The notes under the pieces: generated by a model
Seen by the model: only the letters and a program-made list of their open reading frames with translations
The model's database searches: none
What the model was told of the DNA's origin: nothing
Part shown: positions 36,975 to 50,013 of the stretch, piece after piece
Layout: each line of letters begins with the position of its first letter
Numbering within the stretch: position 1 is the first letter of the stretch
Made by a program: the position numbers and the translations under genes
Assembly (NCBI GenBank): GCA_010093605.1
Contig: MU004190.1
Location: 186,001-250,000, forward strand
Direction: 5' to 3'
Origin: Lophium mytilinum
Lineage: Eukaryota
Length of the DNA: 64,000 bases

Positions 36975-38535
36975 CTTGTTGTTTGGGAGAATGGTGGTTG
37001 TAGGGCTCTCCGGGAGAGACAAGTGTGTGTGGATGAGGAACAATGAAGGGGAAGAGGGATATAAATAGGGAAGGATCGCTTCCGGACATTCACATACACC
37101 TTGATAGTTTCGTAGGATCTCGAAACGCCGTCTGAGGGCATGTAGCCAATTTCCACGTGGTGAAATGCGGCCGACTTTTGCGCCTATCAGGTTCCCTGGT
37201 ATACTTTGAGGTGAATCGACTGTTACAAGTTTGGCGTACGCACTTGTTAAGAGTGTCTTACGATGCGGTGAAAAGGGAACTGATCAGTGAGGCTAAACGG
37301 GTCTGAATTTCTAAATACCTAAAGAAGTGTTAGTGCATTTTTAGGGAACTCGATGGGAGTCTTTAGGTGGACTAGAAGCACACCTGCCTGCCTTGCAATC
37401 TCATCGAAGCGGGAAAAATTCTTGAAAGCCGCTTATCTCATGTCTGGGAGCCTACAAATCGTACCAAACGTTTAGGCGCATATCGTTCCCTATTTTGCAG
37501 AGCGAATCAAGCCGCTTACTAATGTGCGAAGCTGAATGAAGCAACGTCAATTCCTCGGAAACCCAATATAAGGCTCGAAGAAGGTTGTCGACATACTCAC
37601 CAATTGGGGGGTGTAACCATACAGGGTATGTCGTTCATTCCATCCCGCAGCACACCTGTCCAAGATCTGCGTACCTCGTTTGTATACTAGTTTGCTAATA
37701 AGTTCTATCGTATATAGCACTTCGGTCAATTTGAAGACCGCTCTCACTGACGAACTGTGTGTCTTACATCTGACCAGATTCTCGTAAGGATGTTCAAGTT
37801 CGTATAATAGTAGTAGACAATGTATTTACACCTACAATGAGGCCTTTCCTGTGTGTTCACGCCGCCAACCTACCAAAGAAGTCGAGGCAAAATGATGCAA
37901 GATATGACATGATCTCGCTTACCGCTTTGGGAGTCGGAGAGTCGGACAATCTCTCACCGTGCTTGTTTGCTCAACGCCACGCTTCGAGGGATCAATGCCG
38001 TCGCGTTTGCTCCTGATATTGCACCTTGTATTGTTAGCAGACATGTCCCATCAACAATAGCCTGCGATGCATACTTCTGGAGTAGTTTAACCGGAACAGA
38101 GAATCACTCACGCTTTCTTTGCCAATTTGATCTGTACCTGCGCTAGTCCGTTTACCTAGCTAGAGATTAAACGCACCCTCGAGATGGTAGAGTGTTCTTG
38201 AGTGGTTGAATTTGCGCCATGGTTTTGACGGGTTGATAAACCTTGCTTAATCCTGCCAAGTAAAGGCGAGTAGGAAAATGATGTAACACGAAAGTCTGAC
38301 ATAAGATAGCAAAAAAGTACTGAACGCAAAAAATTGATACAAGCATGAAATGTAGCAGTCCCATGAAATTAAGAACTACCGCAAATAGAACCAATGATTG
38401 TACGCTTCGCAACTGTTTGTAAAGACCAAGAAAAGACGTGAAAAGATCGCCCTGGGACACTTTGGAGACCCCTGCTGGCACTCGAAGCATCTGCCCCTAC
38501 CTGAAAAGAAGCGCCACAATACAATACTCACTCAC

Positions 38536-40518
38536 TTATCCCCGCACCACAACCATGACGCCTTTACTCCCCTCCCGATATAACGGTGTAACTCCATCCC
38601 CCACAATCTCAATATCCCCGTGGGTAGTGTCATGCAACTCTAACCACCCCACGTCCCCGTTCCCACTTACCTCTCGACTCCCATATTTTCTAAAGACCGT
38701 CGCTAGTGCGAGATACAACTCTGCATAGGCCAGATTAATACCCACGCATTGCCGCGTGCCGCGCGAGAAAGGCACAAGGTATCTATCAAGCCCTGAATCC
38801 TCAAGCCACCGCTCAGGACGGAACTGGGCTGGATCTTTGAAGTAGGTGGGCGAGTGGTGAATGAGGAGACCGGTCATGGACAGGGGGATGCCGGGGCGGA
38901 GGACGGATTGGTTTTGCGTCGGCTGTTTGTCGGGGTTGGTATTGGGGATAGTGGCGGTGTAGATGAGGGTTTCGTGGGCGATGCGTTGCAGACGGGTGCT
39001 GATGCCGCTGCTGGTGCGGAGACCTTCTTTAATGACGGCGGTGAGATAGGGGAGTTGTTCGAGGGCTGTGAGGGTAGGAAGGCGAGAGGGGTCTGGTATT
39101 GCGAGGGCGAGTTCATTTTTTAGCTTTCGAAGTTGGGCGGGCTGTGAGAGGAGGTAGAATGTTATGTCTGAAAGTGCAGCGGCTGTAGTGAGCGTGCCCG
39201 CAATGACGGTCACCTGGCCATCTTGCCAGAGGCGCGCAGGTGTTTTCTCTCGTGCGGGAAGGTCGCTGTTAAGGATTTCGTGGAAGATGGTGGTTTGGTT
39301 CTCGTATTTGGGGTCGCCGCGGTGGGACTGGATCTCGGAAACATGGCGAATGATGTCCTGATGGCCGGCGAGAGTGTGCATTAGGAGTGATACGTGACAT
39401 CAACGATCACAGAAAACTAGAGAACGTACTTTGTTGAGTTTGATATACGTTGCCATCTCTGAATACGCAATCGTTTGCGCCTTGTCTGGAAGAACTTTCA
39501 TCAAGGTCAAGATCCATGGAAACTGCTTGATGAAGTGGCCTAGTTTGGCGCCTATCTCACCAGCTATCTTGAAGCTGGGATCAAAGTCGGGTGCATCCAT
39601 ACGATGGTCGCTGCGGCCAAATGCATACTCCATTGCAATATCTGAAAGCGTGAGAATGGAACGTAGAACGAATCTGTATGTAACGGAAACATTTGTACCA
39701 TTGGTAAGTGCTGCATATGCCAATGAAATGACCATCGGTTCCTCAGACTCTTGAAAATCTCGGAATCTGCCCATGAGCTTGTCAAGCACTTCAGTAATCC
39801 GGGGCTGCAAGCTTCGTACTTTTGACTTCGAGAAATATGGGTTCATAGCTGCCCTTCGCATGCGATGCATATCATGACCAGGTGTACCGAAAGCGGCTTC
39901 GGGAAGGCCTGATGAGTTTGTGAAGAAAGTCCATTTGTCGCGTTTTCGCGTTGCTCCGGTGTAAACTTCATCGTAGTAGTCCGCGTCTTGAATGTGGACT
40001 TCTTCTGGATTAATTCTTATGATTGAGCCGTACTTCTCATGCATGTTTCGTATCTTCCAGACATATTGCCCGCCGCACGTGACATCGTAGTAGAACTCAT
40101 ACCTTCATCTACGTGGTAAGCTGACGCTGCTTCTAACATTGCTAGACAATGGGAAGATGCTTAATACGCGCGATGTTACAAGCTGGTCCAATCGGGCCTT
40201 CCTTCTTACAAGTGCAGACTTGACGGCACAGGCCGCCGCTTAGCATGCTTTTACAAAATTGCTTAGAGAGATAAGAGAAATGTGATGAGTATAGACCATA
40301 GGGAAAGAAGAGTAGAGTAGAGTGGTCTCATAAATTTCTTCGTCTTACCAGTATGTGAGCTTTGCTAGAATTGGACCTGGTACTTCGCTGGCGGGGCTGA
40401 GATAGAGGCGATAGAAGCACAAAAGCAAGACGTAGACTATAGAAAGAACGGTGGCTGTGTAAATCCAGAACACAATTTGAGCAGGCTCCATTACCAGCAG
40501 GCTAAAAGCCGCCATCAT
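38536..40518 (-). CDS. Cytochrome P450 monooxygenase (trichodiene oxygenase-like), multi-exon
   Basis: N-terminal membrane anchor, PGP, KYGSIIRINP, AGTLTT (I-helix), KEGLR (ExxR), FRPERW, FSRGTRQCVG heme motif. Confidence 0.92.
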
Positions 40519-40677
40519 CGCAATTATGTTGATGAAGGGCAGAAGAGATGTCGCTGTGATAGAGAAGCCGTGGTCCAATGAGAAGCAAGGTATTTGTAGG
40601 CGCATTTCGTGGTCTTGGCGTTTTGGGCGATCTTCAATTTTTCCCCTCCATCAGATTCTCAACTCCTGTAGAAAGCC

Positions 40678-42384
40678 ATGGCAGCATCACCACTTGCAGG
40701 TGCCCCTGTACTTTCAACACCGGATACCCATATATTCGAAGACCCTACGCCTCCGATAGCCTTTTCAACGCTTCCTAGGCTGTCCGACGAGCAGCTTGCT
40801 TTGACTTACGAAATAGCGCGCACTGTCGCTGAGATCAGAACCGGAAAATGGAAGCGCATAGCCTTGCAATTTCCAGATCGCATGCTTGTAGATGCACCGC
40901 GGGTGTTCGAGTCGCTGAGGCAAGGCCTGAAGCAATCCCGACTGCAAAACCGGAGAGTCACGGAGGAGCCTTGGCCAAATGGACATACTGTGGACGATGC
41001 TGCTAAAGCATTGGCGGGCACAACAATATCAGGCAAGGATGAGGTCGCCGAAAAGCTCTTCATCCTTGCAGACACCTCATACGGAGCGTGCTGTGTAGAC
41101 GAGGTCGCAGCAGAGCATGTTGATGCGGATGTAGTGGTCCACTACGGGAGATCGTGTCTGTCTCCGACCGCTCGACTTCCAGTTATATACGTTTTCACGA
41201 CCAGACCACTATCCTCGGACTTAGTTCTCAAGACTTTCAAACAAACATACCTGGAACGAGAACAGAAGATCATACTAATGGCAGACATCCCGTACTCGAA
41301 CCATATTCCAGAACTTGCTGAAAAGCTACGAGGCGAAGGATACACAGGAATCTTCACCACGTCTATCGTCCACAACCCTTCATCCCCTCTACCAAATCGA
41401 ACTGTTCCAGCTGACGTGGTTGAATCAAAGGATGCGTTGCGGGAATACCGACTCTTCCACATCTCCGAGCCTCCAACCTCATTACTCTTGACCCTATCCT
41501 CTCGAGTCGGTGCTGTTCACATCTTTCCTACCGACGGAGCCAGTAGCGAGATTCCTAAAGCATTGCTTGCCTCCTCTGCGATGACATTACGGCGACGGTA
41601 CGCCCTCCTCACGTCGCTGAGCACAGTATCGGTCTTTGGAATCTTGATAAATACGCTTTCTGTTAAAAATTACATGCATATGCTGGACCACGTTAAGCAG
41701 GAGATCGCGGCGGCCGGGAAGAAAAGCTATACATTCGTAGTCGGGAAAGTCAACGCAGCCAAAGTGGCAAACTTCAGCGAAGTTGGAGGCTGGGTGGTGA
41801 TAGGTTGCTGGGAAAGTAGCCTGATGGAGAGCAAGGACTTCTGGAAGCCTGTTATTACGCCCTTTGAGCTCAGTCTGGCGCTGAAGGGCGACACTGAGAG
41901 GATATGGACAGGCGAATGGAGCAGCGACTTCCAGGGTCTTTTAGAGCAGAAGGCCGTCCAGCCAGAGGCACCTTCGGATAGCGACCAGGGAGAGATAGTT
42001 GGTGAAGTCGAGGCGGAGGACTTCGACTCAGAAGAGGAGTCGGCGCCGCCAGAGTTTGATCTACGGATGGGCCGTTATGTCTCGAATTCTCGACCTATGC
42101 GATCATCGAATTCCACTGGCCAAAAGCAGGTGGGTCAAGGGCAGGCAATGTCGGCGAAACAGTCCTTAGTCAAGCGCGCCAACGGGGACATCGCGCAGAT
42201 TGGTGGGGTGGTGTCGCCTGGAGCTGAATATCTGCGCTCTCAGCGGACGTGGCAAGGACTAGGAAGCGATTTCGAGGCTCCTAGGGACGGTGAGAATGCT
42301 GATGCGGCTGGTGCTCCGGTGGAGATAGGCAGAAGCGGTATTGCTCGGGGGTATGTGGTGGGCGATGATAGGTCTGAACGGTGA
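40678..42384 (+). CDS. DPH2: Diphthamide biosynthesis protein 2
   Basis: RIALQFPD, ILADTSYGACCVDEVAAEH, VVHYGRSCLS, GILINTLS, VVGKVNAAKVANFSE, GRSGIARGY. Confidence 0.95.
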   Translation: MAASPLAGAPVLSTPDTHIFEDPTPPIAFSTLPRLSDEQLALTYEIARTVAEIRTGKWKRIALQFPDRMLVDAPRVFESLRQGLKQSRLQNRRVTEEPWPNGHTVDDAAKALAGTTISGKDEVAEKLFILADTSYGACCVDEVAAEHVDADVVVHYGRSCLSPTARLPVIYVFTTRPLSSDLVLKTFKQTYLEREQKIILMADIPYSNHIPELAEKLRGEGYTGIFTTSIVHNPSSPLPNRTVPADVVESKDALREYRLFHISEPPTSLLLTLSSRVGAVHIFPTDGASSEIPKALLASSAMTLRRRYALLTSLSTVSVFGILINTLSVKNYMHMLDHVKQEIAAAGKKSYTFVVGKVNAAKVANFSEVGGWVVIGCWESSLMESKDFWKPVITPFELSLALKGDTERIWTGEWSSDFQGLLEQKAVQPEAPSDSDQGEIVGEVEAEDFDSEEESAPPEFDLRMGRYVSNSRPMRSSNSTGQKQVGQGQAMSAKQSLVKRANGDIAQIGGVVSPGAEYLRSQRTWQGLGSDFEAPRDGENADAAGAPVEIGRSGIARGYVVGDDRSER

Positions 42385-42773
42385 CCAGCGAAGATTCTTG
42401 GAATTCACGGGCCTAGTGAATGAAACGCGATCGCGATCCTTGGGCGGCGTTGGCGACTCGATAGCAAGCGCCGTTTGTTGTTTCATTCTGCCTCGCCCTA
42501 TTGTGATGCTAGACAATATGATTCTGAAGTGAGAGGATAGGCACATGCCAAGCACGCCCGTGTTCTAATCTATCGACTCACCTCCAGGCAGGCACACGAC
42601 AACCTCAACAACACACGCCCGACACCGCCTGGCCATATACTGGCGTCCCCCGGCCCTCTCTCTCTGCATGCCGCTTCTGTATGTTGCCGCCCCTCCTCCG
42701 CCGCGAAGACTGCCTCCCAGGCCCGCAGCTTGCTAAGAAACTTCGCCTGCAGCCAGACGGAAGCGTCAACACC

Positions 42774-45700
42774 ATGCCCGGCCAGCTAGCCATCTCACCT
42801 CTCTTTGGGGCTCCCGCCGGCAGCAGAGAAGACGTATCCAAATCTTCAATACCTTCAAGATCCCCAACAAGTAGCGAGAAAACTTGCCCGGAAGCGCCTC
42901 TCAGCCTCTTTGAGGCCGTTGTCACTGCTTTCCCGCCCGTCCTCGAGTCGTTGCTCTCACAACTGCCAACAACATCAATATTCGACTTATACCATACCTC
43001 TCCTCACCTTCGCGAGTTTCTACAATCATATCCGTTAGCATGGAAGACACTGTCGTTCCGCCTACCTCAGCCGCCTAACCAGGCTATAGCAACCCCGGGG
43101 AACGAAACACCGGATGGCCGAGAGAGGCAGTCGAAAACTTATGCTCTCGATGCCTTGCTGATGGAAGTAGTGGTGCCGTTTGGAACCCGACTACGCAACC
43201 TAGACCTATGCAATACCGCCGTCTCTGGCGTGGCCCTAATCGCAAAAGTGCTTCAACCGCGCATCGAAACGCTACAGCACCTCTCCGTCCGTGGCTGCAA
43301 GAATGTGTCCATCAAATACCATATTGTCCCCTTCCTAGAGCCGTACACCCAAAAGGACTCGCCATGGGCTAAGAGAGGGGATCTGGCTTTGAAAAGCTTG
43401 TATGCATACCGCTGCCGGCACCACCGTCGGAGACCCTACCTTCCATCTTCCTTAGGCCGGAGAGACTCGGACTCGGATCCAACCCATCAACTAATCGAAA
43501 TATGTCATAAGCTTGGAATCTGGACCGATACTGCTTGGTGCCCCACTCCTGGTGGGAGATGCTTCAGGCGGAAGGACTATCATAACGGCCGTGGTGGGCC
43601 AGGGAACACGGAAGTTTGGGTGCCATTCGACAGGCTATGGCGGTCTAGCAACCGCATTGGACCCGCCGATGAAAGCGCCCCTGTTGGACACTCGGATGGA
43701 AGGCTATGGGAGCTTTGCGAGGATGGCCAGGACGGGGAGCCGCTTGGGCCTGAAAAGGGGCCTCCAGGGAAGGAAGGAAAGGACGTTCCCGCACATCTAC
43801 GCCGAAGCCACCAACTTTTTGTGGACGATTTGAAATGCTCCCGGTGCCACGACCCCATACACGAACGGTGCGAGCAGTGCAGCGTACGGATGCACTGCAT
43901 GGGCTGCCGCAAGACACTCTGTGCCAGCTGTGCATTCAACAGGCCAGTCCCTAGGAAGCGTACCAAAACCCGACATACAAACATCATGCTAGGCACCATT
44001 GCTCCGATGACCTCGATATTTTCCTCATCGTCGACGTTGGACGATGTCAAGGAGCAATCTTCGAAAGAGAGGTTTTGGTGGGCACCGGGCACGGTCCGAT
44101 CCCCAAATCTCATGCATGAGCCTGCCGGTGATGATGACTCGGATTCCGACGATGGAATATTGAATCACATCAACAACGGAATGGGTCCAGCGCCGATAGC
44201 ACCTCCAAAACTCAATATGCACTGGTGTTGCATGGAGCCCGTATTCTCAGGAGGAGGTGGCATCGCCTTCGTAGGACCCGGCCTTGCTGGCAAGGGCGCA
44301 GACAAAATACGAGCAGCACCTCTCCCCCGCATTAAGAAGTACGAGGACCCCGACTTCACATACCAGCTCCGTTCGTTCGATCCTCTCCGAGATTTGAAGC
44401 AGAGTGGGCTTTACACACACCTGCTTAACGAAGATCTGAATGTCATAGAATATCTAAAGCAGGACAGTCTCGACCTGCAGGCGTCAACGTGCCCACGGGG
44501 CCTCTGCCAAGAGTGCTACCAATCGTTCCGATGGAAAGTCTCGTGTAAAGCGTGCAAGAGTCCGCTTTGCAAAGAGCACGATTTCAGGGCTCTTAAGATT
44601 CGAAAGTGCGGATACCGGGATCTGCATGTTGAGCGCGACTACGTGCGGAATCATAAAGAGCTTCCACAGTTCATTATCCCGCCTTTCAGATCTGCGGCCC
44701 CGTCATCCAACAAGGCCGAAGAAATAATTGACGACAATGAAAGCTTTACTTCCGGCGAAGCAATGTCTATAAACGCTACTGACCTCGATATCGAGCCAGT
44801 AGTCTCCGGTTCGCTTTCTCAATCTCAAATACTGCCACCAAATCCGATATCGCTCGCACCAGCTGCTCCACCAGCTATGTCCGCCTCTACATCCGCCCAT
44901 TCTCACCAGTCGACTACTCCCAACGATATCCCTTTCACAGTTCACGTTTCGGTACCGGTCACTCCTTCTCGTCCACGTTCGTTGAGTGCGTCAAACTCCC
45001 GCAGCCGTAGCGCAGCATTGTGGCCACACTCTCCCCGCCCGGTAGCTTCTACCTTGATAAACATGATACCTCGACCAGGTAATCCTCGACATCCCGTCCA
45101 ATGGGAAGGCTGTGGGTCGTATTACTGCCCTGCTACGAGACATTTGGGGGACAACAGGCCGCGATGCCAGGAGCTTATCAGAGAGTGCGAGGACTGTCGA
45201 GTGTTGGTTTGCAGTGTATGTTTGCAGTTTCACTTTCTGGCTCCCGTCCACTTAAGAATATGGCTAATGTATCTACTTGGTGTCTAGACCTGCGCATCTG
45301 CTAATCCAGAGTGCACCTGCTCGTTTTGCTCCGTCCACTACTTCTGCCCGCATTGCAACGGCAAGCCGGAAATCCAGACACAGTGCGTGCTCGAAGAAGA
45401 GCTCGAGGTAGCCCGCGTCAAAGAAGTCAAGATGAAGGAGCGGCTGGTGCGGGAGAAAGAGCAGCGCGCGGTTGCGGATAAACTTGCTGAAACTTTATTA
45501 GAGTTCTGGGAGGGTTTACTGGGAGATGTGGCTGCTGAGACTTTCAGTGAAACCTCTGAAACCACCTCCTCTCCAGAAACGACTTCGAATTTCATACCGG
45601 AAGGAAGTCCGGACTTCAGCATCCCGGCTGTGAGTGCCTCGTCGAGTCCCTCAGCGACAGAGGAAACATCCGGAGATGTAGTAGAGCCTCCTCCTGTTGG

Positions 45701-45818
45701 TCAGCCATCGATCGCGGTACCAGTCTTGGAAGACGGCGTGGCGGACGACGAAACGGAAGCGGCGACGTTAGAAGTCCTTGACGAGCTCATTTCTAACGGC
45801 GAGCTGGTGCTGATGTGA
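42774..45818 (+). CDS. Hypothetical protein with F-box/LRR-like N-terminus and many Cys-x2-Cys clusters (2 exons)
   Basis: 868-aa ORF with LRNLDL and LQHLSVRGC segments and several CxxC clusters; intron about 45217-45288 joins the frame ending at 45818. Start codon uncertain (42681 or 42774). Confidence 0.75.
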
Positions 45819-46789
45819 AGAGGTACGCATTCGAAAGTGATTTCTGCATCTTGCATCCTATACATGCTGCAATCTGGTTTTCTTTTGGTCCAGCGTTCCG
45901 CTCAGCAGTCATGGGCGGAGGAAATCGAAGCACGAGCAGATTTATGAGATGTTTCCGGAAGATAGGCGACGGGCACCGTGTCACGACTGGTCACGGCTCT
46001 CGAGCATACGGTCATTTGCATTTGGAGTGGCTAGCATTTTTCTTTCGATTCCCTTCACTTCTTTTTTATTTCCGCTTTCTTTTTTGATGGAACGGGATGG
46101 AGGTGGCCTACGGGCTGCGAGAGGTGTTAGGGGGTTTGTCTATGGTATTGGCTGGGTGCGGTGCTAGGCTTCTTGGAGACTGAATCCTCGTAAGACCTCG
46201 GGGGGCAGATTTCGAGGTATATACTTATGAGGATGGCATAGGCCGTGATAGCTGAGGCATGGAGAATGACATTAGTAGTGATTCTGGACTGGCATTGGCG
46301 ACTTTGAGTTGTGAGTCGTCGTTTGATATGTTCGACTGCGCTTGAGCTGCTTGGCATGATTTGAGGGATGAACAGCATTCACATGGTAAGCCAGACCGAA
46401 ACCCGAATGAGATGACTGCTAATCTTTGCAGTTCGAGTCATGCCATCAACAAACTTGCCGTGTCTGCTCGCCAGTCCTGCAGATTGTAGTGTTCGTAGCC
46501 TCTCATGATCGTATGATCGGTACCCGGAAGAATTGTCTGAAGCAACGAAAGAGCCTCGAGTCAAGTGCAGGACTTACTCTGTCATAAGCATCACAAAATG
46601 TCTTGATTTGGAAAGATCTCATTGCCTATTATAGTATAGACGTCCTCTCCAGTTTATATTGGTAATGTGGAGCCATTTGTCAGCTACCCTTGCAGGTCGG
46701 TATACGATGGTCAGTATACGATATTTAAGTAAACCAAGTAGGCGGTATTCCATTTGGACCACAGGAATTTCCAAAGCCCATAACTCAAA

Positions 46790-47851
46790 ATGCACTTCGC
46801 TTACAATCTCTCCGCCGTCTTCAAACTCTCCACTCTCTTCATCACCTCCTTCACGCCCCCAACCCTCGCCTCCCCCGTTTCCTCATCCAACCATGGCCCG
46901 TCCCCCTCCCCTGTCTCCCTCCTCCACCAATTCCCCCCCGGCGTCTGGGCCGAAAACCTCGCTACCACCTCCACCAACTCCCTCCTCATCAGCCTCATGA
47001 GCAGCCCGGACCTCCTCCTCTTCAACCCCTCCACCCCCTCCATCCCACCCACCCTCCTCCACTCCTTCGCCCGCAACGGCCCCTACGCCTCCCTCCTCGG
47101 CCTCGCCGCCACCACTCCCAATTCCTTCGCCGTCGTCGCGGGCAACTACTCCTTCACCGCCGGCGCCATCCCAGGTACCTTCGCCCTCTTCACCATCACC
47201 CTCCCGCCCGCCTCCGCCCCCGACCAAGCCCCCGAAATAAACCTCCTCGCGAACCTCCCTGACGCAGCCTTCATCAACGGGCTTATCTACCACGCCTTCC
47301 CGTCCCCAGCCGTGCTAGCCGGCGACTCCGCCCTGGGCACCGTCACGCGCGTCGAGCTCGCGACCGGCGCCGTGTCGACGCTGCTCGAGGTAGATGCGTT
47401 CAAACCGTGTGCGGGACCGCCAAGGGGGGAGGGGATCAACGGGTTCCATATCCAGGGCCAGACGCTGTATTTCACGAACTCGGGGTGCAGGACGTTTGGG
47501 ACGGTCCCGGTGAGTAGGGATGGGCGGGCAGTGGGGGAGGCGAGAGTTGTGGTCAGGGAGCCGGCGCCGTATTTCTTTGACGATTTCACGGTTGATGAGA
47601 CGGGGGTGGCTTATGTAGCGGTTTCGAATGGGAATGCGGTTGCGAGGATTACGCCGGATGGGGAGGTGAGGGTGGTGGCGGGGGGTGTGAATTCGACGGA
47701 GGTGGCGGAGCCGACGGGGGTGGTGTGGGGGAGGGGGGACGAGGGAAGGGTGTTGTTTGTGAGTACTGGTGGTGGGTTGGGGGATCCGGTTAATGGGACG
47801 ACGGTTGTTGGGGCGCAGGTTTTGAGGATTGGGGTTGAGGGGGGTTGGTAA
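46790..47851 (+). CDS. Secreted SMP-30/gluconolactonase-like six-bladed beta-propeller protein
   Basis: Signal peptide; WAENLA, FINGL, DSALG, GINGFHI, LYFTNS, FDDFTVD, PTGVVWGRG, LFVSTGGG. Confidence 0.8.
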   Translation: MHFAYNLSAVFKLSTLFITSFTPPTLASPVSSSNHGPSPSPVSLLHQFPPGVWAENLATTSTNSLLISLMSSPDLLLFNPSTPSIPPTLLHSFARNGPYASLLGLAATTPNSFAVVAGNYSFTAGAIPGTFALFTITLPPASAPDQAPEINLLANLPDAAFINGLIYHAFPSPAVLAGDSALGTVTRVELATGAVSTLLEVDAFKPCAGPPRGEGINGFHIQGQTLYFTNSGCRTFGTVPVSRDGRAVGEARVVVREPAPYFFDDFTVDETGVAYVAVSNGNAVARITPDGEVRVVAGGVNSTEVAEPTGVVWGRGDEGRVLFVSTGGGLGDPVNGTTVVGAQVLRIGVEGGW

Positions 47852-49240
47852 GGTGTGGGGGGGTTTGGTGTTGTGGGTTTGGTGGCAGGTTGAGAGGGTG
47901 GGAGGGCTGGTATAGGGTGTCTGTTTAGAGGATACGGTAATGAAGAGGTTTTGACGCTGCTTGCACATTAGAGGGGTGGAGGCGGTGGATTGGAAGAGTC
48001 GAAAACGAGGTGAAGATAGTCTGAAGGATGCGAAGCTAATCATGAGTTGCCTTGTAGGGGGGGGGGAATTAGACAACGGAGCTTTCTTGGGACGAGCAAG
48101 GTGCGAATTGAGACACTGCCGGCCTGATTCTGGCAGCGAGGTTGAAGGTCCAGGGGTGGTAGCATGGTGCCATGCATTTGTCAGATAGTGATAGATTCGA
48201 GTCTAATCTGCAGTGTTAGTCGCATAGGTTTGGATAAACGTCATGGTAAAGGGGCTGTTGGGAACTTTACAATTATTCTAGAGCTTTCTCTACCCTCCTA
48301 CAACGTCCTTACTTTCTGCACGTGTGCCTCTAAAGGATCACGTGTGCGTATTGATGCACGTGATACCACCATTTCTTCTATTACTTAAACAAGGCACAAA
48401 TCTTTCTACGTCTGCTTCCTTAAGGGCTTGGGGGAATGAAACAAAATCGCACTGCACCTGTCCCATGTGTGAGTGCAGTAAAAACTGCAACCACGTCCTT
48501 TTGATGGAGGAATGAGCAGTGTTCTTGAAACGCTTGGTAGTAAACAGGAGCAACTGCCGATGTATGGGTACTTTGTGGGTGTTCTACCTTTTTAACTTGA
48601 TGATGCGCCGCATGTTCAGCTTATAGAGGTGCGGTGCAGGCCCAGGCTGTGCAAATGCGTATTTAACACGCACTAAATTAGCATCTTTGTCTCAAGTTGA
48701 CAATCATCATCACTTTGCGTGCAGTACCCCAACTCAACTCCACACATGAGACATCCAATAGCCCCGTTTTACCCATCGGGTTCCTCAGTAGCGCTTGTTG
48801 CACCCAATCCAACCTCCTCCATTACTCCTGATAGTGTATCGTATTTACACTCTCCCCCCACCACGACCCTCGATCGGCCCAAGCTACGAACACCATTCGC
48901 AAGTCGAAGTACGAGTTTGTTCATACATCAGGGCCGTGACAGATGGTGCAACATGCGAGGTGCTGAAGCGATTTTTTGCATGGTAGGTCCGAGAACGACG
49001 TGTTGAACACACCAACGGAGGACTCTGGGGCTGTAAGGTTGGGGGCTTGGGGGCTTATATAGGGCTTTGCGGGCAGTAGAGGAGAGGCTGGCAAGCAGGC
49101 ATATGATAAGCACGTGATGTGGAGAATGTGGAGGTTGTTCTGCATAATCTTTGATCATTCACTCTGCCAACGGTCTCACTGGCCGCTTAAGCCGCTGGCT
49201 TGCAGTCGATATGTTATATATACTCCCATGACGCCAATCC

Positions 49241-50013
49241 CTAAAGCATCGCCGCCGCGATCGCAACTAAAGCTCCTAGAAGGCCCGCCGAAACATCTCT
49301 CGGCGGCGCAAACCCAGACGAAGCCGTTATGCACGGTTCTGCTGCAAGCGTAGTGGCCGCACTACCCGTATTGGCAAGCGTCGTGTCTATCGAAAGCGTC
49401 CGTGGCGCGCCTGACGTGATCTCAGACGCTATCGAAGTTAAGAAGCCAAGAGGGTTCGAACTGCTCGAAGCTGCCGCGGCAGCGGAAGAGTTGGACGGTG
49501 TGGCGGAGTCGGAGGATCAAGTGGCGGAAGTGGACACGGACTTAGTGGTGTCTGCAAGAATAGAGGTTGCGTCTAAGCTCGTGACTGGGGCAACGGTAGA
49601 CGCGGCGGCTGCAATCGAAGAGAGGGAGGCGGGGAGGGTGATGCTAAGGACGACGTCGTATTGCTTGCAGATCGCGTTGACGGTGGAAAGGACGCCTAGG
49701 TGGTATTAGACATTAATGTGCGAGGAGTGGATGTACGCACCTTGGAGATCTTTTGCCTTTGGGCAAGCGTCTATTACGCAGGGTTCCATGCCGCCCATGA
49801 AAGATTGGCTTTTCTTGCAGTGACATTCAAAATCTAGGAGACTCGAGCAGCCGTCGTCGCTGAGCTTTGAGATGAAGCAGTCGAGCTAACGGAAGATCAG
49901 ATCCAGCAAGAGTCGCAATATTCAACTTTCCTTACCGCGCATGCAGGCCCGGGTAGCTGGGCATAAGCGATAGATGCAGTGGAAGGCGCAAGTACAATTG
50001 ATGCGAGCTTCGT
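49241..50013 (-). pseudogene. CFEM-domain GPI-anchored protein gene with ACG in place of ATG and an in-frame TGA
   Basis: Manual splice (introns 49886-49935 and 49696-49740): (T)KLASIVLAPSTASIAYAQLPGPACA|LDCFISKLSDDGCSSLLDFECHCKKSQSFMGGMEPCVIDACPKAKDLQ|GVLSTVNAICK; 8 CFEM cysteines; S/T-rich stalk with TGA at 49517-49519; hydrophobic tail AGLLGALVAIAAAML*. Confidence 0.8.

Noticed and set aside
40103..40348. 246-nt first intron of the P450
   Set aside because: Longer than its neighbours, but no repeat, box motif or structure recognised.
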